A stretch of 64,000 nucleotides of DNA from Flavobacteriales bacterium (lineage in GTDB: Bacteria > Bacteroidota > Bacteroidia > Flavobacteriales_F > PHOS-HE28): positions 2,869,284-2,933,283 of the forward strand of contig CP065018.1 of assembly GCA_016700415.1 (NCBI GenBank), written 5' to 3'. The notes under the pieces were generated by a model. That model was given only the letters and a program-made list of their open reading frames with translations, was not told the DNA's origin and did no database searches. A program made the translations under genes and the position numbers. Positions 28,309 to 37,768 of the stretch are shown here, in pieces (positions within the stretch are counted from its first letter, which is position 1; the number at the start of each line of letters is the position of its first letter).

Positions 28309-29039
28309 AGATCACACCCGAACGGACCGTGGGGTCCATCGTCGCCGAGGATTATCGTGCGGCGGCCGTGCTCACCAAGTACGGCATTGACTTCTGCTGC
28401 AAGGGCGGCCGCTCCGTGCAGGAAGTTTGCGAGAACAAGAACATCGACCAGAACAAACTGGCCGAGGATATCACCACACTTCTGGCCCGTGATGCCAAGA
28501 GCGGTGACGATGCCCGCACCTGGCCCTTGGACCAGCTCGCGGACCATGTGGAGACGGTACACCACCGGTACGTGGAGGAGCGCGGACCGATCATTCAACA
28601 GTACTTGGCCAAGCTCTGCAGGGTGCATGGCGAGCGCCATCCGGAGCTGTTCACGATCAATGATGAGTTCAACGCTTGTGTGGGGGCCATGGCCTCACAC
28701 ATGAAAAAGGAGGAGCTGGTGCTCTTCCCCTTCGTGCGCAACCTGGCCAAGAGCGAGCGTAGCAATGAGCCGTTCAAGACACCGCACTTCGGAACGGTGG
28801 AGAACCCGGTTAACATGATGATGGAGGATCACGTCGCCGAGGGCGAGCGCTTCGAACGCATGGGTGCCGTCAGTGACAGCTTCACCCCGCCAGCGGACGG
28901 ATGTGCCACATATGCCACGGCCTTCAGCATGCTGAAAGAGTTCGAGGAGGACCTGCACCTGCACATTCACTTGGAGAACAACATCATGTTCCCCCGTGCG
29001 ATAGCGTTGGAGAGGAGCTTGGCGCATGTCGCCAATTAA
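28305..29039 (+). CDS. ric: iron-sulfur cluster repair di-iron protein (RIC; YtfE/ScdA family)
   Basis: The N-terminal ScdA_N domain (TVGSIVAEDYRAAAVLTKYGIDFCCKGG) is followed by a hemerythrin-like di-iron domain with H...HHxxEE...H...HxxxE ligands. Confidence 0.85.
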   Translation: MKITPERTVGSIVAEDYRAAAVLTKYGIDFCCKGGRSVQEVCENKNIDQNKLAEDITTLLARDAKSGDDARTWPLDQLADHVETVHHRYVEERGPIIQQYLAKLCRVHGERHPELFTINDEFNACVGAMASHMKKEELVLFPFVRNLAKSERSNEPFKTPHFGTVENPVNMMMEDHVAEGERFERMGAVSDSFTPPADGCATYATAFSMLKEFEEDLHLHIHLENNIMFPRAIALERSLAHVAN

Positions 29040-29493
29040 GCGACTTCCTGAACTACAGGGGATCAGCCGTGAGCACCACGACGGGCTCCTGCTGAGCTGG
29101 AAGATCAGGGCGGGCACCGCGAAAGGCGTGGCGCCCGCCCGCATACGCCGTTATTGCAGACGTTTTCTCCGGGAACAGCTCAAACCTCATTTCAACATCG
29201 AGGAAAGCGTGCTGTTCCCCGTCCTCGGCATGGATCATCCCGGCGTGCGCAAGGCCATGGCGGAGCACCGGCGCCTACAGCGGTTGATCAATGGCAACAG
29301 TGATGCGGTGGTGGCCGTGGCTTTGGTCGAGGAGGAACTGGAGGCGCACATCCGTTTTGAGGAACGGCATCTGTTCAACCTGATCCAGAAGGCGGCTACG
29401 CCGGAGCAGCTCGCGGAAATTGAGCGGGCGCATGCGGACCTGCCCCAGCAGGAGGCCAAGGGAGGCAAGCCGGAGGACGTATTCTGGGAGTGA
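29026..29493 (+). CDS. hemerythrin HHE cation-binding domain protein
   Basis: Overlaps the RIC stop by 14 nt. His/Glu ligand spacing (EHHDGLL..., HFNIEESVLFP, EHRRL, HIRFEERHLF). Confidence 0.7.
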   Translation: MSPIKRLPELQGISREHHDGLLLSWKIRAGTAKGVAPARIRRYCRRFLREQLKPHFNIEESVLFPVLGMDHPGVRKAMAEHRRLQRLINGNSDAVVAVALVEEELEAHIRFEERHLFNLIQKAATPEQLAEIERAHADLPQQEAKGGKPEDVFWE

Positions 29494-29500
29494 CCGCTGC

Positions 29501-29911
29501 TCAGCGGATCTTCAACAGCCAAGCGTGGCTCTGAGCACCGTCCGAGCTGATCCAGAAATAGCACAAGTAGGCTCCGGGATCTTTCAGCAGGGCCGCCAGT
29601 TCCGGATGTTCCTGGCTCGGATAGCACAGATGGAGACGCCCCTTTTCCTTGTCTAACCAAGGTGCCGGGGTTAGATCCGGGGTTTCCGCGATGGTGATCA
29701 AGGCGCTTTTTACGATACTGTGCTTGGAGCCGGGGGAGCCTTTGAAGAGCAATAGCTCCGGATGTTTACGCGAGCGGCGTTTGATGCTCAGTACTTCCAC
29801 ATGGCCGAAGGACCGAAGCGCCTTCCCGTCGGTGGCGGGCTGGTCATGGATCATAGGTGCTAAGGCCGAGGCCGGGTCCGACATGGGGCGATGATCTGAA
29901 CGATGCCCCAA
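29501..29911 (-). CDS. hypothetical protein
   Basis: Convergent with the hemerythrin gene (an 8-nt gap between the stops). Several possible starts (29911/29884/29854). No recognised motifs. Confidence 0.35.
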   Translation of the reverse strand: MGHRSDHRPMSDPASALAPMIHDQPATDGKALRSFGHVEVLSIKRRSRKHPELLLFKGSPGSKHSIVKSALITIAETPDLTPAPWLDKEKGRLHLCYPSQEHPELAALLKDPGAYLCYFWISSDGAQSHAWLLKIR

Positions 29912-29964
29912 AGTTGGTGGATCAGCACCGGAAATGCACGCACTTGGCCGAAAAAACCGGGATG

Positions 29965-31233
29965 TCAGTCAGGGCGGGGCTTTCCAGTGCGCCGCAACCA
30001 GCCCGGGGCCACGGCTGCCCCTACGAAGAGATAGAGGTAGTAGGTGAACAAGCGCCAGAGCAAGGCCACCACCACGAGCATCGCCCCGGCCGGAAGCAGG
30101 TCGCGCATAAAGCCTACGAAGGCGAACTCCGCCGCGCCGCTCGCACCGGGCGTGGGGCTGATGAGCAGGATCACCCACAGCACGATCTGGCGTGCATACA
30201 TCAGCAAGTGGTCGCTCACATTGAAGAACGCCGCTGCGATGAGGTTGAGCACGAGGAAGCGTGCGCCCCATGAGCACCAAGTGGCCGCGATCGCTTTCAG
30301 CCAGAAGCCGACCGACCTGCCCTTGAACTGATCGCTGGCCGCGATGAGATCGTCGCCGGCTTCGGCCATGTGCGGCCGGAAACGGCGGATCCAGCGGTGC
30401 TTGAAGAGGTTCACCAAGAACAGCTTGATCGCCCGGGGCCGGAAGAAGACGGAATAGAACACGGTGATCTTCATCACCGCGATAAATGCATAACCGATCC
30501 AGAAGAGCGCCTGCACGGGAAGCCCCCACATCGCTTCGTCCAGTTCCGGCGGGAACAGTCTGTCCATGCCTACGAGGAAGAACACCGCCGGTGCGAACAC
30601 GAGGAAGAACAACTCGTCGAGCATGGCGGTCACCAGCACGATCGCGGCGCTGCGCCCCAGCGGGGTACCGTCCTTGGCCATCACGTAGATCGCCACGCTG
30701 GTGCCGCCCACCACCGCAGGGGCCACCGCAGTGGCGAATTCCCAGAGCGCGATCACTTGGAAGGAGCGTTTCCAGCCGAACTCGCCGTCGGTGAGGATGC
30801 GCAGCCGCAGGATGTAGCCGTAGTCACGCAGGCCGTTGGCGATCAGCGCGCCGAACAGCAGCAACAGGCCCCAAGGCGCGAGATGGACGCTGCGCAAGCG
30901 CTCCATACCGCTCATCAAACGGTAGCCGCCGTGTACCGCAGGAACGAACTCCGCCGACGTGCCGAGGTCCACCTCGCCGTTGTGGTTGGCATCCGTCCAA
31001 GCGTAGCTGCCGGTGCCGGCCTCCACTTGCTCAAAGCCCTCCTCATGCAATTCATGCCACAGGAGAAAGGCCACCGCAAAAAGTCCGAACAGGATGGGCA
31101 GCACCGAACGCCACGCCCGGAACGAACGCCGCACCTCGCGCTCATCCTTCGGGTCGATGCCCAGCTCTTCTTGCACCACCTTTGCCACGGGGCCAAGATA
31201 TTCGCTGGCGCCCTGCTTCCGCCACACTTCCAC
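29965..31233 (-). CDS. UPF0104 / lysylphosphatidylglycerol-synthase-TM (flippase-like) family membrane protein
   Basis: About 8 TM helices with the family's central loop. The ORF opens with GTG at 31231-31233, which directly abuts the divergent EamA ATG, so the true start is probably an internal GTG/TTG. Confidence 0.6.
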   Translation of the reverse strand: MEVWRKQGASEYLGPVAKVVQEELGIDPKDEREVRRSFRAWRSVLPILFGLFAVAFLLWHELHEEGFEQVEAGTGSYAWTDANHNGEVDLGTSAEFVPAVHGGYRLMSGMERLRSVHLAPWGLLLLFGALIANGLRDYGYILRLRILTDGEFGWKRSFQVIALWEFATAVAPAVVGGTSVAIYVMAKDGTPLGRSAAIVLVTAMLDELFFLVFAPAVFFLVGMDRLFPPELDEAMWGLPVQALFWIGYAFIAVMKITVFYSVFFRPRAIKLFLVNLFKHRWIRRFRPHMAEAGDDLIAASDQFKGRSVGFWLKAIAATWCSWGARFLVLNLIAAAFFNVSDHLLMYARQIVLWVILLISPTPGASGAAEFAFVGFMRDLLPAGAMLVVVALLWRLFTYYLYLFVGAAVAPGWLRRTGKPRPD

Positions 31234-32148
31234 ATGCCTTCCCCGCTCGACCGCCGTTCCCTCGCGCTCGCCGCTCTCTTTTTCGTCAATCTGCTTTACG
31301 GCATCAACTACGTGGTGGCGAAAGGCCTGATGCCGGGCGTGATCGGGCCTTCCGGCCTCATTCTGCTCCGCGTTGCGGGCGCGAATCTCCTCTTCTGGCC
31401 GATGTGGTTGCTCAAGCGGGAACGCGTGGCCTGGAGCGATGCGAAGCGGTTGGTGCTCTGCGGTGTGTCAGGGGTGGCCATCAACCAACTGATGTTCTTC
31501 CACGGGCTCATGCGCACCTCGCCCGTGCATGCCAGCATCATCATGGTGGCCACGCCGATCCTCGTGCTGGTGCTCAGTGGCGTGCTCATCGGGGAGCGGA
31601 TCACAAGGAACAAGGCGCTGGGCGTGGGGTTGGGCGCGGTCGGCGCATTGATGCTGATCTTCCATGGCACCGCGCACAATGACGGTGCCACCATGCTCGG
31701 CGACCTCTTCATCCTCATCAACGCCAGCTCCTATGCGATCTTTCTGGTGATGGTGAAGCCGCTGATGTCGAAGTACTCCGCAGTGACCGTGATGGCATGG
31801 TGCTTCCTGGTGGGCAGTGTGATCGTGGTGCCTTTCGGCCTGCATGAGTTTTCCGTGGTGGATTGGCCCGGTCTCACCTGGCCACAGATAGGCGGCCTGG
31901 CGTTCGTGGTGGTGATGGTGACCTTCGTGGCCTACCTGCTGAACACATGGGCGCTCCGCGTGGTACAGCCCAGCGTGGCGGGCACCTTCATTTATCTGCA
32001 GCCCGTACTGGCCTTGTTAACGGCATACGTCGTGATGGACGGCGACCTCGGCCTGGGTTGGCCGCAGTTCACAAGCGCGGCGTGCATTTTCGTAGGGGTG
32101 TGGTTGGTGGGAAGAAGGGAGAAAAGGAGCGTTGCGGGATCACCGTGA
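31234..32148 (+). CDS. EamA/DMT-family transporter
   Basis: Ten TM segments with duplicated EamA halves (INYVVAKG..., VGSVIVVPFG...). The first in-frame ATG precedes TM1. The upstream 288 codons of the ORF are antisense to the neighbouring gene. Confidence 0.8.
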   Translation: MPSPLDRRSLALAALFFVNLLYGINYVVAKGLMPGVIGPSGLILLRVAGANLLFWPMWLLKRERVAWSDAKRLVLCGVSGVAINQLMFFHGLMRTSPVHASIIMVATPILVLVLSGVLIGERITRNKALGVGLGAVGALMLIFHGTAHNDGATMLGDLFILINASSYAIFLVMVKPLMSKYSAVTVMAWCFLVGSVIVVPFGLHEFSVVDWPGLTWPQIGGLAFVVVMVTFVAYLLNTWALRVVQPSVAGTFIYLQPVLALLTAYVVMDGDLGLGWPQFTSAACIFVGVWLVGRREKRSVAGSP

Positions 32149-32238
32149 ACCGGGCTTTCGAACCGGGGCATCCGCGTTCATCGTTCCCGCAGGATCGCCC
32201 GAGAGGACCCTGCGGGAAGCCTGCTACATTTGCGGCCC

Positions 32239-33108
32239 ATGTTGCGCTCCATGACCGGCTTCGGCCGCGCCGAAGGTTTAGTGAATGAGAAGAAGGTGAC
32301 CGTTGAACTGCGGTCGCTCAACAGCAAGCAGCTGGACCTGCAGGTGAAGTTGCCCGGAGCTTGGCGCGAAAAGGAAACGGAATTGCGGCAATGGGCCGGG
32401 GAGCGCGTGGTGCGCGGCAAGGCCGATCTGTACGTGGGCGCCGAAGGAACGAAGGTCGACAAGCGGACCACCTTCAATGCCGAGGTGATCAAAGCCTATT
32501 ATGATGAACTGCGCAAGGTGGCCGATACGGTCGCCCCGGAAAGCAGCACGGACCTGCTGGCCGTGGTGCTCCGCATGCCGGACGTGATGTCCACCGCCAA
32601 GGAGGAGTTCGACCCCGAAGAGTGGAAGTCCGTTTTTACCTTGGTGGAACAGGCCTGGGCCGCTTACGAGGAATTCAGGGCCGCCGAAGGTGCCAAGCTG
32701 CACGCCGAACTGAAGCAGCGCACCAACAACATCACGAACCTGCTGGCCGAAGTGACCGCGATGGACAGCGGCCGGATCGCACGCACCCGGGAGCGCATCC
32801 TTGCTCGGCTGGAAGAGCTTCAGGCGAAGGTGGACCAGGACCGCTTCGAGCAGGAGCTGGTGTTCTATCTGGAAAAAATGGACGTGACAGAGGAGAAGCT
32901 ACGCCTCGCCACCCATTGCGACTACTTCCTCAAGACGATGGAAGAGGAGGAATGCCAAGGCCGCAAACTCGGCTTCATCACGCAGGAAATGGGGCGCGAG
33001 ATCAACACGCTCGGCTCCAAAAGCAACGATGCGGAAATGCAGAAGCGGGTGGTGCTGATGAAAGACGAGCTGGAGAAGATCAAGGAGCAGATGCTGAACG
33101 TGCTGTGA
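32239..33108 (+). CDS. yicC: YicC/YloC-family stress-induced protein (endoribonuclease)
   Basis: MLRSMTGFGRAEG... is a YicC_N hallmark, with a C-terminal DUF1732 helix. Start aligned with the E. coli MIRSMTAY. Confidence 0.85.
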   Translation: MLRSMTGFGRAEGLVNEKKVTVELRSLNSKQLDLQVKLPGAWREKETELRQWAGERVVRGKADLYVGAEGTKVDKRTTFNAEVIKAYYDELRKVADTVAPESSTDLLAVVLRMPDVMSTAKEEFDPEEWKSVFTLVEQAWAAYEEFRAAEGAKLHAELKQRTNNITNLLAEVTAMDSGRIARTRERILARLEELQAKVDQDRFEQELVFYLEKMDVTEEKLRLATHCDYFLKTMEEEECQGRKLGFITQEMGREINTLGSKSNDAEMQKRVVLMKDELEKIKEQMLNVL

Positions 33109-33113
33109 GGAGG

Positions 33114-33689
33114 ATGGCGACGGAACAGGGCAAATGCATCATCGTCTCGGCACCGTCCGGCGCGGGGAAGACCACCATCGTGCGGCATCTGCTGGGGCGC
33201 GACCTTGATCTGGATTTCTCCGTTTCAGCCACCAGCAGGCCCAAGCGGGATTACGAGCGTGATGGCCACGACTACTTTTTCCTTTCCGCCGAGGAGTTCC
33301 GTAAGCGCATCGCTGCGGACGCTTTTGTGGAATGGGAGGAGGTCTACCCCGGCCGGTTCTATGGCACATTGCGCAGCGAGATCGAGCGCATCTGGAAGGA
33401 CGGGCGATACCCTATTTTCGATGTGGACGTAGTGGGCGGCCTTCGCCTGAAGGAGATCTTCGGTGAGAACGCGCTGTCGCTTTTCGTCTCGCCGCCTACC
33501 ATCGCCGCATTGGAACAGCGTTTGCTGTTACGCGGTTCTGAAACTCCGGAATCACTGCGGGTCCGCATGGACAAAGCCTCTCACGAACTCACCTTCACCG
33601 TCCACTATGACCAGGTGGTGATCAATGACGATATGCAGCTTGCCTGTGAAGAAGCATACTCGGCCGTATCCGGATTCTTGAGCGCATGA
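33114..33689 (+). CDS. gmk: guanylate kinase
   Basis: P-loop SAPSGAGKTT, SATSRPKR and YxF motifs. 191 aa. Confidence 0.9.
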   Translation: MATEQGKCIIVSAPSGAGKTTIVRHLLGRDLDLDFSVSATSRPKRDYERDGHDYFFLSAEEFRKRIAADAFVEWEEVYPGRFYGTLRSEIERIWKDGRYPIFDVDVVGGLRLKEIFGENALSLFVSPPTIAALEQRLLLRGSETPESLRVRMDKASHELTFTVHYDQVVINDDMQLACEEAYSAVSGFLSA

Positions 33690-34276
33690 AGATCGGTTGC
33701 CTGTTCGGTTCCTTCGACCCACCGCATCTGGGGCATGTGCTGCTGGCCAAGTACATGCGGGAGCACCAGGGCTTGGACCAGGTCTGGCTGGTGGTCACGC
33801 CACAGAACCCGTTCAAGCAGGACAGGAAGTTGAGCCCGGAGAAGCACCGCTTGGCCATGACGCACTTGGCCGTGCAAGGTTTGGAAGGCCTCAGCGCCAG
33901 CGGGCTGGAGTTGGACATGCCCCGGCCGAACTACACGGCGGACACGTTGACCTTCATGCGCAAACGCTGGCCGCAGCATAGGTTCTCGCTCATCATCGGG
34001 AGCGACAACTTGGCTTCCCTGCACGAATGGAAGGATGCCTCGCTGATGTTGGAGAAGACACCCGTGCTGGTCTATCCGCGCCCCGGGCTGGAAGAACACC
34101 TCGCCCAGGCGGACCTGCTCTACCACCCGTCCGTGACCGTTGTGCCCGATGCGCCGCAGACCCCCGTCTCCTCCACCGGCATCCGCGTGCGGCTCAGGAA
34201 CTGGCACCCGGTGGACGGGCTGTTGGACCCGAAGGTCCTGGCGTATATCCGCCAGAACGGGCTTTACGCAGGTTGA
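33686..34276 (+). CDS. nadD: nicotinate-nucleotide adenylyltransferase
   Basis: GxFDPPHxGH nucleotidyltransferase motif (GSFDPPHLGHV). ATGA overlap with the gmk stop. Confidence 0.9.
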   Translation: MKIGCLFGSFDPPHLGHVLLAKYMREHQGLDQVWLVVTPQNPFKQDRKLSPEKHRLAMTHLAVQGLEGLSASGLELDMPRPNYTADTLTFMRKRWPQHRFSLIIGSDNLASLHEWKDASLMLEKTPVLVYPRPGLEEHLAQADLLYHPSVTVVPDAPQTPVSSTGIRVRLRNWHPVDGLLDPKVLAYIRQNGLYAG

Positions 34277-34405
34277 TCGCTGACGATTTTTGGCGACCGA
34301 CAAACACGCGTCATAGCTCACGTTTGGCATTCTCCGCGCCTCCCTCTGCGCCCTCGCCTGGGCGTAGCCGCTTCGGCGTAGGACGGTCTGCGACCAAACT
34401 TCCGT

Positions 34406-35050
34406 TCACGCCGAAAGGGCCTCGAATTCGGGCACGCCGGTCTTGTGCATAAGGTGATCCCGCAGCACGCCCAACGCCCGTTCAAAATTGCTCTCGTTCA
34501 CCACGTGCAGGTCGCAATGGTTGCGATAGGGAAGGAGGTGCTCCCGGTAGGCGGGCATCACGTGGTTCTCCCACTGGTACAGCACGTCGGCCATGGCATA
34601 GCCGCGTTCACGGCCGTCCCGTGCGGTACGGCGGCTCAGCTGGATCTCCTCGCTGGCTTCCACGAACACCTTCAGGTCGAACAGCTCCCGCAGGCCGGGA
34701 TGTTGCAAAAGAAAAAGACCTTCCACCAAGATCACGCGCGCCGGGCGGATCTCCATCCAACGGGGCTCGGTGGCCATGTTGAAGTTGTATTCCTGGCGGT
34801 AAACCGCTTCTCCCGAGGCCAAGCAACGCAGGTCTTCGGCCAGCAGATCAAGGTCCAGCGCGCCGGGCAGATCGAAATTCACCTTGCCGTTGGCATCCTT
34901 CACCTGCTGCTCGATGGGCAGATAATAGTCGTCCTGGGATACGATGCACACACTTTCGGGGGGGAGCAGATCGCGGAGGGCGCGTACCAGGGTGGTCTTC
35001 CCCGATCCACTGCCTCCGGCCACACCAACTAGGTAGGCGCCGCGATGCAT
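34406..35050 (-). CDS. udk: uridine kinase
   Basis: P-loop GVAGGSGSGKTT. Start at the internal ATG at 35048-35050, matching E. coli Udk length. The upstream extension of the ORF is not supported. Confidence 0.85.
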   Translation of the reverse strand: MHRGAYLVGVAGGSGSGKTTLVRALRDLLPPESVCIVSQDDYYLPIEQQVKDANGKVNFDLPGALDLDLLAEDLRCLASGEAVYRQEYNFNMATEPRWMEIRPARVILVEGLFLLQHPGLRELFDLKVFVEASEEIQLSRRTARDGRERGYAMADVLYQWENHVMPAYREHLLPYRNHCDLHVVNESNFERALGVLRDHLMHKTGVPEFEALSA

Positions 35051-35475
35051 CGTCGCCAAATGTAGGGCGGGGAGGCTTTCCATGGAAGCCCGAAGAGGGG
35101 AAGCCCCTGAAATTCTCGCCGACATCCAGCAGGGACAAGACTTTCCGGGGTTTGGCATGGCATTGGCTTTGGGGTGAGCAAACCAATTCCCATCCCCGAT
35201 GAAACCCAATGCCGAACGTGCCCAAAAGCTGATGAACGCCGCCACCCGCATGATGATGGCCGGTGATGTGGAACGCTACCTGCACGCCTTGCGCCTGTTG
35301 TTCGCCTTGCGCATGCGGCCCGTGGCCATGGCCTGACCCTGCATCCGGTCAAAGCTTGGTGCGGCGGTGGGGTATTCCGCCACGTGCAAGGCTGAAATGC
35401 TCAATGCCGACGGGTACGGAAGGAAAATTTTCACCGGAATGGATCCTTTTGCCACGAGCTGCCGTTGAAAGTGCC

Positions 35476-35652
35476 ATGACGAAGAAGGACAAGATAGCCT
35501 TCATCAAGAGCAGCAAGCGCAAGTCGCATGTGTACAACGACCTGCAGCGGTACTCGGACCAACAGCTCGATGAGCTGATCCGGGAGATCGTGCAGGGGCT
35601 GGTAAGGGAAAGCGAGCTGATCGCCAACGCTTACATCAACGGCTACCGATGA
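35476..35652 (+). CDS. small hypothetical protein (58 aa)
   Basis: MTKKDKIAFIKSSKRKSHVYNDLQRYSDQQLDELIREIV... Lys-rich N-terminus with an amphipathic C-terminal helix. In frame within ORF 35263-35652. Confidence 0.3.
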   Translation: MTKKDKIAFIKSSKRKSHVYNDLQRYSDQQLDELIREIVQGLVRESELIANAYINGYR

Positions 35653-35771
35653 ACATGGCACTGGTGCTTCCCTCTTGACGGGGCTCAAAACGGACAGGTG
35701 GCAAGGCCTCGGCGAACAGCCGGGGCTTTCTCACGTTCAGTTGATCGTATGATCCTGCTCACACTGCGATC

Positions 35772-37421
35772 TCACCGATGCCTCTTCTGCTTCCCTACAG
35801 CTGGTGGAGGTGCACGCTTTACCGCCCCATCCTCATATTCCACCGTGGAGACCGCCTTGCCCGTGCCGTCGTACCTGGTCATGGTGCCGTCCAGTCGGCC
35901 GTTCCTGTAGTTCATCTCCTGAACGATGCGGCCCCTTCGGTCATACACGGTGCATTTGCCTTCCGGAGCGCCGTTCACAAAGCCTTGCACCCGTTGCTTG
36001 ACCCCGGCATCGTCATAGTAGGTCCATGGGCCGTTCGGGGTGCCTTTCACGTACATTCCCTCGCTCACAGGCACGCCGCGCACATTGTACACCTGCCAGT
36101 TGCCGCTCTTCAACCCGTCCGCGAAGCTGCCCACCTCATTCGGTTTTCCATTGTCGAACCAGCTTTTCCAAGGACCGTTCTTCGTGTTGTCCTTCCAGGT
36201 GGCCATATAGATCTGGGTGCCGTCGGGCAACCAGCCTTGCCAGATGCCGTCCATCTCTCCCAGTTTGAATGAGCCTTTGTCCTTTTGCTGCCCGTTCTCG
36301 AACCAGCTGTTCCATTCCCCTTCCTCCTTGCCGTTCACGTAATTGCCTTCCTGGAGTTTCTGGCCACTCTCGAACCAGGTGGTCCACTGGCCGTCTTTCT
36401 CTCCGTTCTTGAAGGTGCCGCGTTTCCAGTTCTGGCCTCCATCGTAGTAGTAGAGCCACTCGCCTTCCTGCTTGTCCGCCCGGTAGAGCCCGGTGGAGCT
36501 TAGCTGCCCATTGGGGTACCAATATTTCCAGAGCCCGTCCTGCAGGTCATTCTTGAAATGGCCGAGCATGTCGCGGTCGCCGGTGGCGGTGAACCAGGTC
36601 CAGGTACTGTCCCTTTTCCCTTCCCGGTAGAAGCCCTCGACATTCTCCTTGCCATCCGTGAACCACGCTGTGAAGGGGCCGTCCAGCTTGCCCTTGTTCC
36701 ATGTTTCACTCCGCTCATGAACGCTTTTGGAATACCAATGGTCCCATTTCCCGTGCTTCACGCCTCCGAGCCACAGACCTTTGGCCTTCAGGTTCCCAGC
36801 GGGCCAATATTCACGTTGCTCCCCACTATGTACGCCGAAATGGTAATGGCTCACCTCGGCGGTATCGCCGGTGGGGTAGTAGGTCCGGATCAACCCTTCC
36901 CCTTTCTTCAGTGTCTGCGTGCTGTCGCGGTCCCATGCGTCGAGGCTCAGGCAGATGCCCTTGCCCCAACGTTCGGTCAACAGGAGGTGCCCGCCCGGGT
37001 AATAGTAATTCCAGAGGCTGTCCTTCACGTCCTTCACATAGCTGCCTTCCTCCATCACCTGTCCGGTGCGGTAGTAGCTGTGCATCACGCTGTCCTGCTT
37101 GCCCTGGTGGATCCAACCATCATGCTGCACCTTGCCATTGTCGTAGAAGATCACCACGTGGCCGTCACGTTCGCCACTTTTGAAGTCGCTCTTTTCGGTC
37201 AGGCGGCCTTGGGTGTCCCAGAATTTCCATTCTCCCCATTCGCGTCCGTTCACCATCAGGCCCTCGCTCTTCTTCACCGTCTTCAGGCTGTCCCAATGGT
37301 CTACATAGGGCAGCACCGTCTGGGCTTGGGCGGGGGTGATGGTAGTGAGCCCCACGGCCAGCAAGATCACTTGGAGCAGGCGGTTGCCGGTAATGGTTGG
37401 AAGGGATGGTCGGACGATCAT
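35772..37421 (-). CDS. secreted MORN-repeat (YwqK-family-like) protein
   Basis: Signal peptide, then about 18 tandem ~23-aa repeats of the type G.W..(W|Y)..NGQ....G.Y..G...G.W. Confidence 0.8.
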   Translation of the reverse strand: MIVRPSLPTITGNRLLQVILLAVGLTTITPAQAQTVLPYVDHWDSLKTVKKSEGLMVNGREWGEWKFWDTQGRLTEKSDFKSGERDGHVVIFYDNGKVQHDGWIHQGKQDSVMHSYYRTGQVMEEGSYVKDVKDSLWNYYYPGGHLLLTERWGKGICLSLDAWDRDSTQTLKKGEGLIRTYYPTGDTAEVSHYHFGVHSGEQREYWPAGNLKAKGLWLGGVKHGKWDHWYSKSVHERSETWNKGKLDGPFTAWFTDGKENVEGFYREGKRDSTWTWFTATGDRDMLGHFKNDLQDGLWKYWYPNGQLSSTGLYRADKQEGEWLYYYDGGQNWKRGTFKNGEKDGQWTTWFESGQKLQEGNYVNGKEEGEWNSWFENGQQKDKGSFKLGEMDGIWQGWLPDGTQIYMATWKDNTKNGPWKSWFDNGKPNEVGSFADGLKSGNWQVYNVRGVPVSEGMYVKGTPNGPWTYYDDAGVKQRVQGFVNGAPEGKCTVYDRRGRIVQEMNYRNGRLDGTMTRYDGTGKAVSTVEYEDGAVKRAPPPAVGKQKRHR

Positions 37422-37768
37422 GCGGTCAAAAGTAGAAGCGTGCCGTGATCCATGCTCGGACCTAACGTGGAAGCATCAACGATGGTGTGCGGGAAAGTGA
37501 TGAGTGCGTCAATGTCCGCTCCGGGTTTGAACCCTGGATGGACACGGATGAACTCGGATGGGGAGCACATCATGGATGCATGCGGACAGTCACATTTGCG
37601 GGGACTTCTGTCAGGTAGAGTATTTCGTTGCGTGCCCTGCTGTTGAACCTCTGCTCTTGTGACTCTTTATCCGTGTTCATCCGTGGTTCTTTCAGGAAAA
37701 GGTCCGGGGTCGATCCGGCCCTGAACGACACATTTCAGGTTCAACCACGTATACCTTCGCCATCCGGA

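Noticed and set aside
30370-31233. 5' 288 codons of the 592-aa forward ORF
   Set aside because: This part is antisense to the UPF0104 membrane-protein gene. Only the EamA portion from 31234 is coding.
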